Source: a virus
Strand: one strand, 5' to 3'
DNA length: 60,296 nucleotides
IMG/VR virus record: IMGVR_UViG_3300047160_011942
Span: 1-60,296 of that record
The position numbers and the translations under genes are program-made. Positions 57,273-60,296 of this stretch are shown in pieces (within the stretch, counting starts at the first letter, position 1; every line of letters starts with the position of its first letter). The notes beneath the pieces were generated by a model, which was not told where the DNA came from, made no database searches, and saw only the letters and a program-made list of their open reading frames with translations.

Positions 57273-57722
57273 CTAGAAGCCAGCCTCTTCGCGCGCTTCT
57301 TCGCTCGTGAACGCCTGCCGCGCAGCGCGCCGCTCATGCTTGCGGCGCTCGTTCTCGCTGTGCGTGACAGGCTCCAGGTGTGACGGGCGCCGGCAGCGCG
57401 GGTTGTTGCACTGGTGATCCAGCTCGAGCCCCTCGGCCTGGAAGGCGCGGTATGCGGCCACGGCCTGTGCGGGGGTGACGGTGGGCGGCAGGTCCTTGAG
57501 CACCCACGCGAGGATGTGCGCGCTGAAGGCGCGATGGTGGTCGCGTCGATCCTCCTGCCAGCGCAGCGTGATGCGGCAGTAGCCCCAGCTTGAGCGCTGC
57601 TTCTCCACCCCGCACCAGCAGTCGCCCTCCACGAAGTCGTTCGGCTCGTCCACGCAGGTGACATAGAGCCGCTCGTGCAGCGAGCCGTAGACGCGCCGAT
57701 TGTCACCGCGGCCCATGATCAA
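57273..57722 (-). CDS. HNH endonuclease (HNH_3-like)
   Basis: GYCRITLR...HRAFSAHILAW and LELDHQCNNPRCRRPSHLEPVTHSEN. Confidence 0.75.
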   Translation of the reverse strand: MIMGRGDNRRVYGSLHERLYVTCVDEPNDFVEGDCWCGVEKQRSSWGYCRITLRWQEDRRDHHRAFSAHILAWVLKDLPPTVTPAQAVAAYRAFQAEGLELDHQCNNPRCRRPSHLEPVTHSENERRKHERRAARQAFTSEEAREEAGF

Positions 57723-57910
57723 TGAATCGTCGGCCAGATCAAGTGGCGCTCGATCCAGGTGGGTGGAGTGATCTTGCCGCAGTCGATCGCATCGTCACCC
57801 ATGCGGTAGCCGATGACAAACGCCACAAGCACGAGAAACAGCACGGCCGCGACTACGCAGCCCCAGACGGTCAGGCGTTGGGCCTCGATCAGTGGATCGT
57901 AGGGCCTCAC
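57719..57910 (-). CDS. 63-aa single-TM membrane protein
   Basis: GTG in a GTGA overlap with the upstream stop. VWGCVVAAVLFLVLVAFVIGY. Confidence 0.35.
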   Translation of the reverse strand: MRPYDPLIEAQRLTVWGCVVAAVLFLVLVAFVIGYRMGDDAIDCGKITPPTWIERHLIWPTIH

Positions 57911-58065
57911 CGCGTGCACCCCGGCCCGCACTGCACGGGCAAGCCAGTGGCGTCGTGCGTGCCACTCGGATCGCCCGTGCCACCCCCGCCGCAGGCGCTG
58001 CACAGGCAGCATAGCAGCACGACCGCGGCGATGATGAGCGGGCTGCGATCAAGAAAGGCGGTCAT
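57907..58065 (-). CDS. 52-aa putative lipoprotein
   Basis: ATGA overlap with the RNA ligase stop. Signal-like IIAAVVLLCCLCSA-C, then GGGG. Confidence 0.4.
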   Translation of the reverse strand: MTAFLDRSPLIIAAVVLLCCLCSACGGGGTGDPSGTHDATGLPVQCGPGCTR

Positions 58066-58643
58066 GGTGTCGCTCCAGCAAGGGCCTTGGGCACCTCGTC
58101 CTTCTCCAGCGTCTTCTTGTACAGCGTACGCGAAGCCACGTGGTAGATGACAATGCCCTCCGGCTTCATGAACCCGGGCGCGGCGCGACTTCCGTGCGTG
58201 CGCAGCGAGTCGAGTGCCGCTTCGATGGCGCGTTGGTCGTTCGGCCCGTTGAGCAGGACGGGCACCACGTGACAACAGGCCGGAGCCGCAATCAAGCCGT
58301 CCACGGGTTCGCCGTCGACGATATCGTGCCAGCGACCGCTGTTGAACAGCGAGAACCGCTTCTCGTCGAGACCGTAGCGTCGTTGGATGCCAGCGCCCCA
58401 CCATTCACCGTAGTGGCGACCGGGCCCGAGCGCCAGCAGTTCGTCCTGATGCTCACGGGCCCACCGAGCAAAGCCGAAGTTGTCATCTTCCGGTGTGATC
58501 CAGCGGTTGCGCGAGCCGGTCAGGAACTCGCCATCCTCACCGATGTAGATGCAGGCGTTGGTGCCATCGATCTTCTCGGTGACAACGATGTTGCGCGACC
58601 AGCGTGCGATCTTCTCGAACTCTTGGAACTCGGTAGTCATCAT
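58062..58643 (-). CDS. ATP-dependent RNA ligase (Rnl5/PF09414-like nucleotidyltransferase)
   Basis: Motif I EKIDGTN, motif III GEWWG, motif IV FSLFN, motif V PEGIVIY, then LYKK. Confidence 0.8.
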   Translation of the reverse strand: MMTTEFQEFEKIARWSRNIVVTEKIDGTNACIYIGEDGEFLTGSRNRWITPEDDNFGFARWAREHQDELLALGPGRHYGEWWGAGIQRRYGLDEKRFSLFNSGRWHDIVDGEPVDGLIAAPACCHVVPVLLNGPNDQRAIEAALDSLRTHGSRAAPGFMKPEGIVIYHVASRTLYKKTLEKDEVPKALAGATP

Positions 58644-58861
58644 TCATCCTTCATGCATTGCCGCCGGTATTTGCATCGCTTGCAGGCCTCGACCAGCGTT
58701 TCGCGGCCCACGCGTCCTTGTGACTCGCGCTCGATCCGCACCGCGAAGTCCACGCTCGCATGGCGAAAGCCCGAGATGAGGTGGCGCAGGTAGGCCACGC
58801 TCGTACCGGCGCGATCGGCGAGCGACTTCAGAGCTTGCGGGGTGAGATCGGCGAGGGTCAT
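58640..58861 (-). CDS. Cro/YdaS-like HTH regulator
   Basis: LKSLADRAGTSVAYLRHLISGFR (HTH) plus a C-terminal CKRCKYRRQC. First gene of the leftward early unit. Confidence 0.6.
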   Translation of the reverse strand: MTLADLTPQALKSLADRAGTSVAYLRHLISGFRHASVDFAVRIERESQGRVGRETLVEACKRCKYRRQCMKDE

Positions 58862-58893
58862 AGGGCGCTCAGTGTGTACCAATTGATAAGCTC

Positions 58894-58922
58894 TTGTCAA
58901 CCACACCGAGCGGGCGTAGACT
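58894..58922 (+). promoter_or_regulatory. Sigma70-like promoter candidate (TTGTCA-N17-TAGACT); its -35 overlaps a minus-strand TTGACA
   Basis: TTGTCA at 58894-58899, TAGACT at 58917-58922. The reverse complement of 58895-58900 is TTGACA, a possible -35 for the cro-like gene. Confidence 0.45.
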
Positions 58923-58928
58923 GTACTC

Positions 58929-58996
58929 GCCCCGCACCCTCCCGCGGGGATCCTCTGAGAAGTGGTTCACGGCCCGCGCAACGCGGGCCGTTTTTT
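58929..58996 (+). ncRNA. Candidate ~68-nt small RNA or attenuator transcript
   Basis: Predicted start about 7 nt after the -10. Hairpin ccccgc/gcgggg at 58930-58949. Ends at the intrinsic terminator 58971-58996. No ORF in between. Confidence 0.3.
58971..58996 (+). terminator. Rho-independent terminator
   Basis: ggcccgcg-caa-cgcgggcc followed by gTTTTTT. No U-tract on the other strand. Confidence 0.65.
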
Positions 58997-59020
58997 CTTC
59001 GCGAAAGTTGACGAACCCTC

Positions 59021-59051
59021 TTGACAGGCTCGGTGTATCAAGTGCTACAGT
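59021..59051 (+). promoter_or_regulatory. Second promoter-like element (TTGACA ... TACAGT, 19-nt spacer)
   Basis: TTGACA at 59021-59026 and TACAGT at 59046-59051. The spacer contains gctcggtgt, the reverse complement of acaccgagc in the spacer of the 58894 promoter. Confidence 0.3.
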
Positions 59052-59098
59052 CTGCTCCACGTTGAAGAACCAACCCTCCACTGCCAGGAGATGGTGCC

Positions 59099-59491
59099 AT
59101 GTTCAAGTCCTACCGATGGTTCGCGCTCACGATGACGATGCTCGGGCTGCTCACGCTCGCCCTGATCGTCATGGCTGTCTGGGCTGCAGTCGCGCTCAAC
59201 CTGCTCGTGATCGCGGGTCTCGGTATCGCGCAGCTCGTCTTCCAGCGCGGCTGGGTGCGTGTGCGGCGCGTGTACTGGGAGGCGCATCTGAAGCAGCTGC
59301 AGATCTCGCGAGATGAAATCCTGGAAGAACTCGATGACGCGATCGACCGCGACGAGCGACGCAAGATCGTCGAGGCGCGCTACCGGATCAAGGAGACCAC
59401 GGACGCCATCGGCGATGCGATCGCCATGGTCTCGCAGCTCGACGCGATGATCATCGAACACGATTTCAAAGGGCGCGAGGCACAGTCCTAG
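59099..59491 (+). CDS. Two-TM membrane protein with cytoplasmic coiled-coil tail
   Basis: ATG after AGGAG. FALTMTMLGLLTLALIVMAVWAAVALNLLVIAGLGIAQLVF. Confidence 0.55.
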   Translation: MFKSYRWFALTMTMLGLLTLALIVMAVWAAVALNLLVIAGLGIAQLVFQRGWVRVRRVYWEAHLKQLQISRDEILEELDDAIDRDERRKIVEARYRIKETTDAIGDAIAMVSQLDAMIIEHDFKGREAQS

Positions 59492-59640
59492 GATCCGCTT
59501 TTTGACCGGGGCGGATCCCACACCTCGATGAAGTGACATCAGGCGCGCCCACCCTTTCCCTTCAACCCCGGGGAATGAAACCTCCCGCACGGAAAAATCC
59601 CGTCCCGAATTTTTGGCAACTGCGAACTCAAGGCATCACG

Positions 59641-60296
59641 ATGATCGAAATCAAATTCACCTTCGCCACCTTGGACGAGGCGGCCGCCTTCATGGCCTAC
59701 GTCAACTCGGACGTGCAGGCCACGAACACCGAGGACACGCCGCGTGCCGGCGCGCCCAGCACGACGTCGACCTTCGCAGTCGGCGCGGGCAAGCCCAAGA
59801 CCGACCTGAAGCCCGACAAGCCCGCCAAGGACGACGCGAAGGCCTACGAGAAGTCGGGCATCGCGGGTCTGATCGTCGAGGCGAAGACGGCCGACAGCGA
59901 CGCGTGCCGCGCGGTGTTCGCCAAGTTCGGTGCGCTCACCGACGACAAGCCCGACGGCAAGAAGTTCAAGGCCGAGGATTTCGACGCGGTGAAGGCGGCG
60001 TTCCAGACCATCATCGACAAGGCCAAGGAGCAGCAGCGCCTGCAGGATCACGCTGCCGCGGCCATCGCCAACGCGTCGGCCAGTTCCAAGGCCGCCACCG
60101 AGCCTGCGCCTCCCGCACCCGTCACTTACGAGACCTCCGGGATCAAGGAGATCTACGAGGCACTGAAGGCGAAGATGGCCGCAGGCAACGACGCCGAGTT
60201 CAAGAAGCGCGTGGTCGACACGATCAAGGCGCACGGCGGCGTGAACGCCGAGGGCAAGGCCTCGCCCTCGTCCATCCCGCCGGCCAACTTCACCGC
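59641..60296 (+). CDS. Hypothetical Lys/Ala/Asp-rich protein, 5' part (continues at 1-134)
   Basis: ATG 59641 opens a frame with no stop to the window end. Absent from the ORF track, presumably because it is open-ended. The antisense ORF 59539-60234 is Arg/Gly junk. Confidence 0.6.
   Translation, partial: MIEIKFTFATLDEAAAFMAYVNSDVQATNTEDTPRAGAPSTTSTFAVGAGKPKTDLKPDKPAKDDAKAYEKSGIAGLIVEAKTADSDACRAVFAKFGALTDDKPDGKKFKAEDFDAVKAAFQTIIDKAKEQQRLQDHAAAAIANASASSKAATEPAPPAPVTYETSGIKEIYEALKAKMAAGNDAEFKKRVVDTIKAHGGVNAEGKASPSSIPPANFT
60200..60296. repeat. Terminal direct repeat; identical to 1-97
   Basis: See 1-97. Confidence 0.9.

Noticed and set aside
57719-58065. The lipoprotein plus TM pair as an Rz1/Rz spanin.
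   Set aside because: It lies in the early leftward operon far from the lysis cassette. The TM protein has only 63 aa and no periplasmic coiled coil. The gene order (lipoprotein first) is atypical.
58640-59491. A lysogeny module (CI/Cro switch) implying a temperate lifestyle.
   Set aside because: Only a Cro/YdaS-like HTH gene is present. No CI-type repressor, integrase, excisionase or partition genes were found anywhere in the 60 kb.
59491-59518. Hairpin ggatccgc-N12-gcggatcc right after the stop of 59099-59491 as an intrinsic terminator.
   Set aside because: No U-tract follows, so it may be an RNA structure, but I cannot support a terminator call.

Overview
This window is a complete genome of a high-GC tailed dsDNA phage. 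Positions 1-97 are identical to 60200-60296, so the unique length is 60,199 bp, either circularly closed or terminally redundant. One gene (59641 to 134) wraps the junction. I saw no integrase, CI-type repressor, tape-measure, sheath or tube gene. It therefore looks like a virulent podovirus-like phage of a GC-rich proteobacterial host, but that is inference.

Layout:
1. Rightward replication module, 192-9775: a split Cas4-like DUF2800 nuclease, a Gp49-like protein, a DUF2815 SSB-like protein, an HNH, a family A DNA polymerase, VRR-NUC, a SNF2 ATPase and a cupin-like protein.
2. Rightward island of 10 translationally coupled genes, 10309-15696, with five glycosyltransferase-like and two SAM-methyltransferase genes. 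I consider this the best candidate for an undescribed system.
3. Small genes, an Endo VII-type HNH, and a four-tRNA cassette (Pro, Tyr, Ser, Ser) at 18113-18493, bracketed by inverted copies of one terminator hairpin.
4. Leftward late operon, about 47338 down to 18628: TerS, TerL interrupted by a class-3 LAGLIDADG intein, a secreted moron, portal, scaffold, capsid, adaptors, a beta-helix tailspike, giant low-complexity virion proteins, two holin-like proteins and a GH24 endolysin.
5. Rightward early genes, 47714-50791, including a protein encoded by 19 tandem 18-bp repeats.
6. Leftward operon, 58861 down to 50998: a Cro-like regulator, RNA ligase, two HNH genes, a SLOG protein, an AEP primase, Endo VII, DUF1643, a DNA methyltransferase and a D5-type helicase.
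7. Divergent control region, 58862-59098, with a promoter-plus-terminator unit that could make a roughly 68-nt RNA.

One cross-cutting observation: five otherwise unrelated proteins end in the same acidic tail, D-x-[LI]-A-D-stop.

All functional calls come from motifs I recognised by eye in the supplied translations. No database search was run. Hand-derived starts are accurate to about one alternative start codon.
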